DNA of 25,043 nucleotides from Candidatus Asgardarchaeum abyssi (GCA_040225955.1 JBECUL010000032.1:1-25043); one strand, 5' to 3'; counted from the first letter of the stretch, positions 1 through 9,454 are shown. The notes: generated by a model not told the origin, from the sequence alone. Program-made: numbers and translations.

Positions 1-128
1 AAGGAGTGCGGCGGAAAAAATAATTTTTTCGCAACCAATACGGATTTTTCACCTAATTAATGCGGAAGTACTGAATAAATCATTTCAAATTAAATAATTC
101 TCTTACTAAAAAATTAAAAAGATTTATA

Positions 129-157
129 GGAGTCAAGAATCTTTATTTTTTGACTCC
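129..157. promoter_or_regulatory. Inverted repeat GGAGTCAA-N13-TTGACTCC, candidate operator upstream of the oxidoreductase
   Basis: Perfect 8-bp arms at 129-136 and 150-157 around a T-rich spacer, ending 28 nt before the ATG at 186; SD-like GAGGT precedes the ATG. Confidence 0.45.
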
Positions 158-185
158 ATTAATTATAAAAAAAGAGGTAGTTTAA

Positions 186-1133
186 ATGATAGCAAAAATT
201 GCAGTTATCGGAACTGGTGCTTGGGGCAAGAATCACGCAAGAGTATTTCATGAAATTAAAAATGCTGAACTTGTAGCAGTATGTGATATAGATGAAGAAA
301 AAGCTAAACGTATTGCAAAGATGTACAATTGTAAATGGTACACTGATTACAGAGATTTACTTCGCAATGAAAATATAGATGCCGTATCAATAGCTACGCC
401 AACAACAACTCATTTTGAAGTTGCAAAGTATGCGATAGAAAGAGGATTTCATGTTCTTGTAGAAAAGCCCTTGGCAGCTACTGTTGAAGAGGGTATAAAG
501 CTTGTTGATCTAGCAAAAGATAATAGTGTTTTATTGATGGTTGGATTCATTACAAGGTTTTGTGTGGGAGTTCAAAAATTAAAAGAATTAATTAAAAAGA
601 AAGAGATAGGAGATCCTGTTTTACTTAATGCTCGGCGTGTTGGTCCATTCTGGCCAGAACGTGTCGGTGATGTTGGTGTCGTTAAAGATGTTGCTATTCA
701 TGATATTGACAGTTTTCGCTACTTACTGGACAAAGATCCAATAGCGGTATATGCTACAGCTGGTTCTCTTAAACATAGATATGAGGATCATACTGACATT
801 ATTTTACACTTTGACGGAGATCTGAATGGCTTTATTGAAGCCAATTGGTTAACACCCAATAAAAAACGTGAGATAAGCGTAACAGGCTCACAAGCAATAG
901 TGTCTGTTGATTTACTTACTCAAGATATAATTATGGAAACTAAAGAGTGGATTATGAAATCAAAAACATCATGGGTTGAGCCTTTAAAACTAGAATTACA
1001 ACATTTTGCCGAGTCTGTTGCTAAGAAAAGAGTTCCTATAGTAACAGGTGAAGACGGCGTTAAGGCATTGCTTATCGCAGAGAAAGTTCTTGAGAGCGCA
1101 AAAGCAAGAAAACCAGTAGATATAGTTTTTTGA
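186..1133 (+). CDS. Gfo/Idh/MocA family NAD(P)-dependent oxidoreductase (sugar or nucleotide-sugar dehydrogenase-like)
   Basis: Rossmann motif IAVIGTGAWG, HVLVEKP motif, GVVKDVAIHDID (DxxxH) catalytic motif; 315 aa. Confidence 0.92.
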   Translation: MIAKIAVIGTGAWGKNHARVFHEIKNAELVAVCDIDEEKAKRIAKMYNCKWYTDYRDLLRNENIDAVSIATPTTTHFEVAKYAIERGFHVLVEKPLAATVEEGIKLVDLAKDNSVLLMVGFITRFCVGVQKLKELIKKKEIGDPVLLNARRVGPFWPERVGDVGVVKDVAIHDIDSFRYLLDKDPIAVYATAGSLKHRYEDHTDIILHFDGDLNGFIEANWLTPNKKREISVTGSQAIVSVDLLTQDIIMETKEWIMKSKTSWVEPLKLELQHFAESVAKKRVPIVTGEDGVKALLIAEKVLESAKARKPVDIVF

Positions 1134-1210
1134 AAATTTATTATTAATAATGTCTTGGCTCATTTGTTAAAATTTTTATAAAAAGACAAACAATAACTAT
1201 TTTAAAATAA

Positions 1211-2368
1211 GTGGAGAATTGTGGATTGTCAATACCTTTAATACTTATCACTTTGCAAACAATCATTACATCTTTAGCTTTTTACCTGATAGCTAGGCAG
1301 TATTCTAAAAATCGTTTAAGACCAGAGTTCTTTTTATCAATGTTATTTTTATTAATGAGTATCTGGGGCTTTATGTCAATTCTTGGTGGCTTAGCTAAGT
1401 CATACTACCTAGCAACAATTTTCTTCAAAATTGGTATCACAGCTGGTATTAGTGGATTCATAACTATCTATCTCTTTATTGAAGATTTGTTAGGAACGGA
1501 TTTTAACATATTTCATTCTTTCTCATTACTTGTTTTCTATACCACGGCCATAGTGTCTATTGTCATCTATGACGAAGCCGCTCCAGTCTTTTGTGAGGAC
1601 GTTGGAATTTATGTTCTTGTGTTTAAAACGCTACTTCCGAGGATATCATTTATGTTAATTTCTTTAGCCGTAGGGCTATACTCAATCATAATCACAATAA
1701 GGTATCTACTAAACTCTTTGAAAAGATTGAAGCATGTTAATAAATTGGCGTACCAACAAGTTTGGCTTTTATTAACCTCCGCTGCTGTAAGTATTCTAGG
1801 CAGTATGATTTTATCCTATATTGCCATGTTTTTGCCTATGGGCTATAAAACAGCGCCATTCCATATAGTTGTTGCAATAGGAGCAGTTCTTATTTTGCTT
1901 GCTTATATAATCTCTCCAAAGACTCCTTATCTTATAACCACAGATCCAATAGCACTTTATGTAGTTTCTGAAGAAGGATTACCGTTGTTTACTTTTAATT
2001 TTACTGGTGAAAAGAGAGTGAATGATATTCTTATTGGTGGTATGTTCTCAGCCCTTATACACTTTGGTAGGGAAACATTGGGTGCTTATGAGGATGTTGT
2101 AACTATTTTATGGGGAAATATTTCAATAACATTTGAACATAAAGATTCAGTTATTTTTGCTCTTGCCTCAAGAAGGAATCATAAGCTCTTAAATCAAGTT
2201 TTAAGAATATTCATGGAGAGATTTTATGAGGAGTATAAAGAATATCTAGTTGATAGTAAGGCTGTGAGGAAAACTTCAGCATTCGAGGGAGCTATTAAAA
2301 TAATTGAGGAAGTATTCCCATTCATTTCAGTACCAAAATATGGAATTAATAATAATATCAAAAATTAG
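1211..2368 (+). CDS. Seven-TM (HisKA_7TM-like) membrane protein with C-terminal longin-like domain
   Basis: Seven hydrophobic segments in aa ~7-235. From aa ~246, PIALYVVSEEGLPLF...LIGGMFSALIHFGRE...ITFEHKDSVIFAL...FMERFYEEY follows the longin beta-beta-alpha-beta-beta-beta-alpha-alpha pattern. Confidence 0.75.
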   Translation: MENCGLSIPLILITLQTIITSLAFYLIARQYSKNRLRPEFFLSMLFLLMSIWGFMSILGGLAKSYYLATIFFKIGITAGISGFITIYLFIEDLLGTDFNIFHSFSLLVFYTTAIVSIVIYDEAAPVFCEDVGIYVLVFKTLLPRISFMLISLAVGLYSIIITIRYLLNSLKRLKHVNKLAYQQVWLLLTSAAVSILGSMILSYIAMFLPMGYKTAPFHIVVAIGAVLILLAYIISPKTPYLITTDPIALYVVSEEGLPLFTFNFTGEKRVNDILIGGMFSALIHFGRETLGAYEDVVTILWGNISITFEHKDSVIFALASRRNHKLLNQVLRIFMERFYEEYKEYLVDSKAVRKTSAFEGAIKIIEEVFPFISVPKYGINNNIKN

Positions 2369-2436
2369 ATTTTAACTTCTAATAATCACAACATTTATCG
2401 AATTTAAGGGGCCTCATTAGAATTAGATAAAAAATG

Positions 2437-3345
2437 TTATGTTTTCTCCTTGGCTGATTCTATGAGGTAATTAAACACACTTTTCCAAATGAAGCCATCA
2501 TTCCTCATTTTATTTTCAAAGTTGTTAATCATTATCCAGTTCTCTAAGGCCTTTAACGCCTCGTTATCCGCTTTACCGGTAATCTCACCTTTGTAGAAGC
2601 CAATTTTCTTAAGTGCTCTTTGAATTTTCTCAGCAACATCTTCTATCTTTATTATATCACTCGGATCTTCCCTTGAAAGTAAAGTTAAATCCCAAATTTT
2701 AAATAGCCTCTTTAGTTCTGCTACTGGCTCTTGATGGTCATCCACTCTAGGATCAACATATCTATCCGTATATCCCCCATACCCCCTTTTTCTCTGACGA
2801 CTATAATAGCGGCAGACTGCTTTTCCACGCTTATCTCCACCAGCTTTATCTCCTGCTTCTAATGCTGCTAATAGTCTGTCAACAAGTTCTCCCTTTGTAG
2901 TCTCAAAGACTTTTGCCATAGCCTCTACCACTTCTGGTCCAGCTAAGATATTTCCCTGAACTGTGTAATTTTCACCCACTATGTGCCCAGCCCATTCAAA
3001 ATATTTCTTACCGGTCCATGCTGCTGCATTACCTTTCGAGTCCACAATCCCTACTTGCCGGTCATCTTTCATTTCATCATTTTCTATAAGTTTCTTTAAT
3101 ACCACCTCAGCTGTTAGCCCTTTGCTTAATAGCTCTAAACCTCTTGGGCCATATGAAATATTTGCCCATGCTTGGGTAGCAATGGCTCCAACTTTTGCTT
3201 TAGCCCAAGGAACTAATGCTCCTACAGCAATGAATTTTGATGCTACAGCAACTCCCCAGTCTCCTTTGTTCAAATCTGCTGCTACTATTGAAAATGTTGA
3301 TGGTCTTAATATTTTAAATATAATCTTTGGCACTCTTATCACCAA
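2437..3345 (-). CDS. DUF1028 family Ntn-hydrolase-like protein with C-terminal putative peptidoglycan-binding-like domain; carries a compensated double frameshift
   Basis: TFSIVAAD...WGVAVAS, GAIATQA, RQVGIVD, VQGNILAG, AGGDKRG and RVDDH motifs. The conserved QSAAIIVVREKGG segment is encoded in an alternative frame at 2782-2819. Confidence 0.85.
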   Translation of the reverse strand: MVIRVPKIIFKILRPSTFSIVAADLNKGDWGVAVASKFIAVGALVPWAKAKVGAIATQAWANISYGPRGLELLSKGLTAEVVLKKLIENDEMKDDRQVGIVDSKGNAAAWTGKKYFEWAGHIVGENYTVQGNILAGPEVVEAMAKVFETTKGELVDRLLAALEAGDKAGGDKRGKAVCRYYSRQRKRGYGGYTDRYVDPRVDDHQEPVAELKRLFKIWDLTLLSREDPSDIIKIEDVAEKIQRALKKIGFYKGEITGKADNEALKALENWIMINNFENKMRNDGFIWKSVFNYLIESAKEKT

Positions 3346-3383
3346 ACACTGTATTATAATTAAATTTGATTTTTCACAAATTT

Positions 3384-4574
3384 TTACATTTTGCTTTTTT
3401 CAAATTGTGCCATGAATCTTGTCATTAGCGATAATAGTATTATGAATGTTGATACCAAAACTACAGTTAATATCCCATAGAACCCAAATTGCGCATATAT
3501 TGGATAAGTTAATGTGGGTCCTAATGAATATCCTATAAACCTTAGGAAGTTATAGACTGACGAATATGTAGATCTCAATCTTGGGTTTATATCAACAACA
3601 ATAGTTGAAAATGTAATAAACAGCGTTGTGATACTAAGACCCATTATAATGATAAGTATGTATAAAACTGCTATCCAGTCGATGAGAAAGTATAATGAAA
3701 ATGTAATACAGAGCAAAGTTGAAGCTATCAGCGTAGTAAATCTTTTCCCAAGATTATCTATAAGAAAGCCAGCAATTGGACTGCTTAAAAGACCAGCGAA
3801 ACCAGCTGCTGAAATGTAAGAGCCAATAATTACTGGGTCAAAATAATAGGGTGGGCTTGATAATGTCTTAGACAGGTATGTATAAAAGGAAATCCTAGAG
3901 AAGAATATTAAGAAACCGAATAAACCCAGCACTATAAGTCTCTTATCACTAAGGGCGATTTTTATATTCTCAATTATGTCCTCTGATTTTGATGCTGGGG
4001 AGTATCTTATTAATGTCGATCGTTTACTGAACAAAATGGTTAGAAACACAAATGTGCCGATAGCAACAAAGTAAAAGAAAAATCTCCAATTAAAAATTGC
4101 AAGATATCCAGCAATTATTGGACTAGAAGAAATCCCAGCCGTAGCCGCTACAGCATAACCACTCATAATTTTTCCTCTGCTTTCTGGTGGTGAAAGATCA
4201 CCAAGTAATGCCATAGAAAGCGGTGTAAGAAAAGCTGCACCAATCCCTTGTAGAAATCTTGCAAGAATAAAATGATATATATTAGGTGAAATAGCAACAT
4301 AAAAGCTCGAAAAGGCAAAAATTGATGATCCAATAAGAATTCCCTTAAAATATCCAATCTTATCAGAAATAGCTCCGGAAAATAATTGAACTACACTAAA
4401 TGGAACGAGATAGAGCGTTATTGATAAAGCTATCATATCCACGGAGACAGAAAAAGTATCCTCTAAAACTGCCATAATTGCCAATATCGCATTACTAGTG
4501 AATGGCCCTATAAATGCTAAAAAGTAAGCTAATATGATCAGCGACCATATAGTTTTTTCGTAACTCTTGTACAT
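3384..4574 (-). CDS. MFS transporter (drug:H+ antiporter DHA1-like)
   Basis: About 12 TM segments, GAISDKIG motif A, ARFLQGIG motif B, second-half GFLIDNLGKR. ATG at 4574 is preferred over GTG at 4583 because the AGGTG SD overlaps the GTG. Confidence 0.9.
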   Translation of the reverse strand: MYKSYEKTIWSLIILAYFLAFIGPFTSNAILAIMAVLEDTFSVSVDMIALSITLYLVPFSVVQLFSGAISDKIGYFKGILIGSSIFAFSSFYVAISPNIYHFILARFLQGIGAAFLTPLSMALLGDLSPPESRGKIMSGYAVAATAGISSSPIIAGYLAIFNWRFFFYFVAIGTFVFLTILFSKRSTLIRYSPASKSEDIIENIKIALSDKRLIVLGLFGFLIFFSRISFYTYLSKTLSSPPYYFDPVIIGSYISAAGFAGLLSSPIAGFLIDNLGKRFTTLIASTLLCITFSLYFLIDWIAVLYILIIIMGLSITTLFITFSTIVVDINPRLRSTYSSVYNFLRFIGYSLGPTLTYPIYAQFGFYGILTVVLVSTFIILLSLMTRFMAQFEKSKM

Positions 4575-4734
4575 AGAACACACCTAATCAGCTTAATCAC
4601 GTTACAATTTTCATTTTCCAAAGATGTTATACACATTAAAAAATACATGGATAAAACCAAAAAATGAAAAATCAGTAGGTAGCTTAAAATTGTTACATAA
4701 AATAAAAAATAATAAATTAAACAATAATTCGCCT

Positions 4735-5341
4735 GCTCTCTTCTTAGAATTGCAACTATGTTTTCCTTTGTTATGCTATAGGCTGGTTTTGCAGCACCGA
4801 GTAATGCTAAAAGTATAACGATAACAAAATATGTGACCAGAGCATCCCAAGGAAATACGTATTCTAAATGTAGCACTCCTGAGGCAGCTGCGCTAGCCTC
4901 TACCGCCACTTGTAGAGAAAATGGTAAATCTATAATAGCCAGTATAAAGGCAGTAACTGATATCAAGAGAGCCTCCGAAAAAATGATTTTCGTTATGTCC
5001 CATCTTCCGAAACCAATGCTTCTTAATACACCGAATTCCCATCTCCGCTGTATTATTGTTTGTGATGCCACTATAAAAATACCAAGTCCGCCGATTATTA
5101 GTCCAACAGAGATAATCACGTAGAAGAAGGCATATATTTGATTTGAGATTGCTGAGACACGATTTATTAGGTCATCGACCGTTATTGTCTCTATTTTATG
5201 GTTGGAAAATTCTTTCTTTATATCCTTTGCAACTTCTTTTCTGTCGTATCCTTCTTTAACTGTAACTAAGAAGACACTTGCTTTTCCTTCGAATCCAAAG
5301 TTCTTCTCTGCTGTTTCTTTGCTTATGTATTTTGACTTTTC
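4735..5341 (-). pseudogene. C-terminal fragment of a MacB/FtsX-family ABC permease
   Basis: The frame is open from 5341 (after TGA 5342-5344): YISKETAEKNFGFEGKASVFLVTVKEGYDRKEVAKDIKKEF...IIQRRWEFGVLRSIGF...EALLIS...PAYSITKENIVAILRRE. There is no in-frame start or N-terminal half and no ABC ATPase nearby; the tail runs on into AT-rich DNA to 4538. Confidence 0.7.
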
Positions 5342-5543
5342 TCATGGTATAAATCTTAACTAGATTATCTGCTTTAAGTATGATTTCTTCCTTCACATAT
5401 ATCGCCTCTGTGCATATGTATGAAATTTATTATCTCATTAAAAGAGCATTATATATAGGTTTTTGACAAAACAATTTGACAGCATATATCAAAATTTTTC
5501 AACAACTATTGAATTTAACACAAAATATAAAAGAAGAAGTGAA

Positions 5544-6074
5544 TTATTCTATAGAGGCTCCACAGTTCGGGCAGAACTTTGCATTTAACGGTGCTGCTGA
5601 ACCACAATATGGACATACCTTATAACTCAATGTTTGTCCAGACTCTGAAGATATTGGCATTTGCATTGTCGGCATTGGTTGATACTGTTCACCACTTATC
5701 TCCGGTATTACTGGTCTTACACCATCAACTTCATAAATAACAAGCTCCCCTGTGTTGGGATCAAAAGTTGCTTTTAACCGTCCATCGGAGCGCAAATAAT
5801 TAATTATTTTTAATATCTTACGTCTGCTAATTTTAATCTCTCTACTCAAGTCTCTTATGCTTACTCTATGATACATTTTAAGTGTATTTGCTACGAGATT
5901 TACCTTATAGTGATACTCATAGTATTCGTGTACAGCGCCGAATAATACCCATACTCCTGCAAAGGCGATCCAAGGAGAGCCTGGAAAATCAGGGAATATT
6001 ATACAGAGTAATCCCCATCCTATGAAAATTAATCCAACACCAAGTGTTGAAACAAATTCGTGGTAATAACCCAA
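5544..6074 (-). CDS. Membrane protein with PCI-like winged helix and C-terminal zinc ribbon
   Basis: Two N-terminal TM helices, YHRVSIRDLSREIKIS...LRSDGRLKATFD winged helix, Pro/Gln-rich linker, CPYC-x10-CPNC; TTG start with AGGTGA SD. Confidence 0.75.
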   Translation of the reverse strand: MGYYHEFVSTLGVGLIFIGWGLLCIIFPDFPGSPWIAFAGVWVLFGAVHEYYEYHYKVNLVANTLKMYHRVSIRDLSREIKISRRKILKIINYLRSDGRLKATFDPNTGELVIYEVDGVRPVIPEISGEQYQPMPTMQMPISSESGQTLSYKVCPYCGSAAPLNAKFCPNCGASIE

Positions 6075-6087
6075 CTATATCACCTGA

Positions 6088-6105
6088 TTACTACTATAGT
6101 AGTAA
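6088..6105. promoter_or_regulatory. Perfect 18-bp palindrome TTACTACTATAGTAGTAA, candidate TrmB-family operator
   Basis: Lies in the 71-bp divergent intergenic region, between the TATA box TTTATAAA (6108-6115) and the SD/start of the minus-strand gene. Confidence 0.6.
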
Positions 6106-6145
6106 CATTTATAAACTTTTCTATTAAATATTTAATTGATAAGTC

Positions 6146-7243
6146 ATGAAATCTGAAGATCTAGTATCATTACTAACGGAATTTGGGTTAACGCAATATG
6201 AAGCAAGGGCTTACGTTTCATTACTTGAGTTAGGGCGAGCCAATGCCAATCAGATAGCCACTCGAGCTGAAATTCCTAGGCCAAAAATATATGAGACTAT
6301 GCAAAGTTTAATAGATAAGGGATTAGCATTTGCCACTACGACAACTCCCGTTGAATATATAGCTAATGATCCCGAGAAAGTAGTTACCATGCTAAGTGAG
6401 CGATATCTAAAAGCTGCTGAGAGATTGAAGGTGTTGCTTGCAAATCTTAAAGCTAAACAGCAAGCTCAAATTGTTGCTGAGGAAATAATATTTACAAAGA
6501 ACGAAGCATCCTTAATTCAAGAAACAAAAGATAGAATACTGAAGTCTCAAATTAAAATTGAGATTTTTGATATAAACGAGAGAATACTTGCAAATGAGGA
6601 TATTGTTAATTTGCTTGCAACGAAGAAGAAGGAAGGAGTATTCATTGTAATATATACAATTGACCTTGTTGCGAAAAAGATATCCCATGAGATAACAAGC
6701 GAGATAAGAACAGTAAGCTCTGAATTTTACACCTTTGGCGATACCTATTTACTTTTTGATAATAATACATTCGTTATATGGTTCAGCACTAGAGGTGTTT
6801 CGAATTCGTATGTTGGTTGTTATGGTAGCTTAGAGGCTGTTAACAAGCTAATAAAATTTTTCTTAAAAGTAGCACATAAGGAATCAAAACTGCATAGAGT
6901 TTCAGAAATAACAGAAGTAGATCCACTAAAATATGTAAAAATTGTAAGCCCTGAAATGGTAATTGCTTATCAAAAAATAAGCTATATAGAGCCAAAAATA
7001 ATCAATTATGAACAGCCATACTCAGCATTTATGATAATAACATCATCACGTATTATATTTCTAAGTGTTTATGGAAGTGATAGCAAAATTGTAGCTATTC
7101 CAAGACCATTTGTATTGTACGTTACACCTCTTCTTGTTAACGGGGATCAACTAATTAGAATAACCTATATGAAAGTGGGTCATTATGAAGAAATTCTTGT
7201 CAAGGTGAGAGATCCACAAGCTATCCTAAGAGCATTCATTTAA
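6146..7243 (+). CDS. TrmB family transcriptional regulator with an extra C-terminal PH/GRAM-like domain
   Basis: LTEFGLTQYEARAYVSLL...IPRPKIYETMQSLIDKGL TrmB HTH, central effector-like domain, and C-terminal FMIITSSRIIF...IP...LIRITY...VRDPQ pattern. Confidence 0.85.
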   Translation: MKSEDLVSLLTEFGLTQYEARAYVSLLELGRANANQIATRAEIPRPKIYETMQSLIDKGLAFATTTTPVEYIANDPEKVVTMLSERYLKAAERLKVLLANLKAKQQAQIVAEEIIFTKNEASLIQETKDRILKSQIKIEIFDINERILANEDIVNLLATKKKEGVFIVIYTIDLVAKKISHEITSEIRTVSSEFYTFGDTYLLFDNNTFVIWFSTRGVSNSYVGCYGSLEAVNKLIKFFLKVAHKESKLHRVSEITEVDPLKYVKIVSPEMVIAYQKISYIEPKIINYEQPYSAFMIITSSRIIFLSVYGSDSKIVAIPRPFVLYVTPLLVNGDQLIRITYMKVGHYEEILVKVRDPQAILRAFI

Positions 7244-7245
7244 CA

Positions 7246-8532
7246 CTAACTCGTATCATCTATTACTTTACCCTTAGTTTCTGGAAGTAACCATATGCTA
7301 ATACCTAAAAGTGTGTTAAACAGTATTGCTAAGGCCATACCCCCAGCGAATCCAGCACCAGGATAGATTAGTGTGACTAATAGAGGAGTATATGGAGCAA
7401 AAAACGAAAGCCCTCTAGCTGTATTGTAGCATAGTCCACTTAGTGTGCTTCTTAACTTTGTTGGAAATATTTCGGCAAACACAGGACCGAATCCTGCAAA
7501 ATAGCCAATTCCAATTCCTAGGAAGAAAATTGAAATCAGTGCCATTAAATCAGAATACCAAAGTAGTGTTATGAAGAGTATACCTATCGATTGAACGGTT
7601 GTGAATATAGTAAATGATAACCTTCTGCCTATCTTATCCGCTAAGGCACCAAATAGTAGATGGCCTATTAATGCGCCTACTTGTGAAACAACAATCCAAA
7701 TTCCTGCTCCAACAATACCTAGGCCCCTCTCAGATGCAAGATAATGAGGAAGCCATGTAAAGATGAGCCAATAAGCGTACATACCAAGCGTTGCCAACAT
7801 AACTCCAAGTAATGTATTCTTAAAGACTGGCCGTAATTTTTCCCATGTTAATTTCTCTTTCTTTAATTCAATATGTTGCCTTCTAGACTTTAGCCAAATA
7901 TCTGATTCTGGAAGCCAAAGAAACATACCAATTGCTATTATTAATGACGGAGCTGCAGAATACATGAAACACATGCGCCAACCAAAGGTCTCCATCAAAA
8001 ATCCACCGATTATGGCAGATAAGCTAACCCCTATTGGTGCTCCTGATTGAAGAATAGCACCAGCTCTTCCTTTCATTTCTGGCGGGAATGTTTCATTTGT
8101 TAACGCTTGTGCGACTCCCCACTCTCCTCCAACACCAAATCCTGTTATGATTCGATAAATCAATAAGTCATATAGCCCAATGCTTAATCCGCAGAGAAGA
8201 GTTCCTATGGAGTACGTTAAAGTAGTTATTATAATGACTGGTTTTCTTCCAAGTCTGTCGGCAACAAAGCCAAAAAATATACCACCTATTGCCGTAGCTA
8301 AAAGCGAAAAACCCATGATTAAAGCAACTTCTGCGTTTGAGAGAAAAAATTCAACTTTAATCTGTTCAAGCAAAAATGTATAAAGTATCAAGTCATAAAA
8401 GTCGAAAATCCAGCCTAGTAGGGCAAAGGTTAAAATTTTCCAGTGTATCCAAACAGGTTTTTCGTACTGATAAAGCATCAGTGTCCCACTACTATTGGGA
8501 ATATATGCCTCTGAATGTGTGTTTGCCTCCAT
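7246..8532 (-). CDS. MFS transporter (sialate/carboxylate/aromatic acid:H+ symporter-like)
   Basis: GWIFDFYD, GFVADRLGRK, RIITGFGVGGEW, ETFPPEMKGRA, EIFPTKLRS and LPETKG motifs. Confidence 0.92.
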   Translation of the reverse strand: MEANTHSEAYIPNSSGTLMLYQYEKPVWIHWKILTFALLGWIFDFYDLILYTFLLEQIKVEFFLSNAEVALIMGFSLLATAIGGIFFGFVADRLGRKPVIIITTLTYSIGTLLCGLSIGLYDLLIYRIITGFGVGGEWGVAQALTNETFPPEMKGRAGAILQSGAPIGVSLSAIIGGFLMETFGWRMCFMYSAAPSLIIAIGMFLWLPESDIWLKSRRQHIELKKEKLTWEKLRPVFKNTLLGVMLATLGMYAYWLIFTWLPHYLASERGLGIVGAGIWIVVSQVGALIGHLLFGALADKIGRRLSFTIFTTVQSIGILFITLLWYSDLMALISIFFLGIGIGYFAGFGPVFAEIFPTKLRSTLSGLCYNTARGLSFFAPYTPLLVTLIYPGAGFAGGMALAILFNTLLGISIWLLPETKGKVIDDTS

Positions 8533-8848
8533 GTTTGTTCCTCTCTCTTTGGTAACACATTTTGTTGCTCTAAAGAACTTAAAAATTTAACCTAAATTAA
8601 TGAAAAACTAACTTTGTTTTTTGAAAGAAATCTATAATGCAAAAAATTTTTCTTTTTGGCTATTTTATTCCAAAAATCTTGTCTCATAAACTACCTTGAC
8701 GTTTTGAGAATATAATTTTGTTTAACTTCAAAAGTTATATTAAAATAGCATGTTGCTTCATATTTTATGATTTTTTAAGATTTAAACAGAAATATTTATA
8801 AATTTTTTACAAAAAGAGTTCTAACAATAAAAATTTTAGTGATTAAAG

Positions 8849-9349
8849 ATGTTTAGTGAAAAAAATCAAAAAAGGTATATTGTTACATTAATACTGAGAG
8901 ACGAGGACGGGCTATATAATTATCATCTAGATAGATTACTTACAATATTGAATGATATAGGGCAAGCTAGAGTTTTAGAGAAAAAGCAAATACTTTTAAC
9001 TTGTATTGGTTTTCAATGTATCAATGCATTATTGGTCAAAATAGAGGTTTTCATGAATTTTTCTGATCTCTCTTTGTCTCTTGCTGGATTTCAATATGTG
9101 AAATTAGGTAAAATCAATCCATTTATAGATAAGGTTGTTGATATCGAAATTATTAGCATCATAGAAGCTGAGGAGAACCGTCCCTTATTTTATGATTATG
9201 AGCAACATAAGAAATCTGGTGCTGATACAAGAATAAAATTAGAAAGAAAATTAAGCAATGTTGCATTAAAAAGGTTATACACTATTGAGAGTGAACTTAT
9301 TAATACTGCATTAAAATATGATGATTTAGCATTAATGTCTCTTGATTAA
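8849..9349 (+). CDS. Hypothetical soluble protein
   Basis: 166-aa ORF with normal composition downstream of an AT-rich promoter-like region; no recognised motif. Confidence 0.6.
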   Translation: MFSEKNQKRYIVTLILRDEDGLYNYHLDRLLTILNDIGQARVLEKKQILLTCIGFQCINALLVKIEVFMNFSDLSLSLAGFQYVKLGKINPFIDKVVDIEIISIIEAEENRPLFYDYEQHKKSGADTRIKLERKLSNVALKRLYTIESELINTALKYDDLALMSLD

Positions 9350-9454
9350 AATTCATTGTTATTATTCAACTTTGAAAATTTTAATCTAAAATTTTCTCTT
9401 TTTAAAAAAAATTTAAATTTAATAAATCCATATCTTGATATTGGTGACATTGAG

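Noticed and set aside
1-32. GC-rich start and GAAAAAA-TAA-TTTTTTC hairpin as an RNA gene end or terminator
   Set aside because: Truncated by the window edge; too little sequence to assign.
2981-5123. ORFs 2981-3415, 3628-3819, 4163-4357, 4624-4818 and 4833-5123
   Set aside because: Antisense or alternate-frame shadows of the DUF1028, MFS and FtsX sequences, with no motifs of their own.
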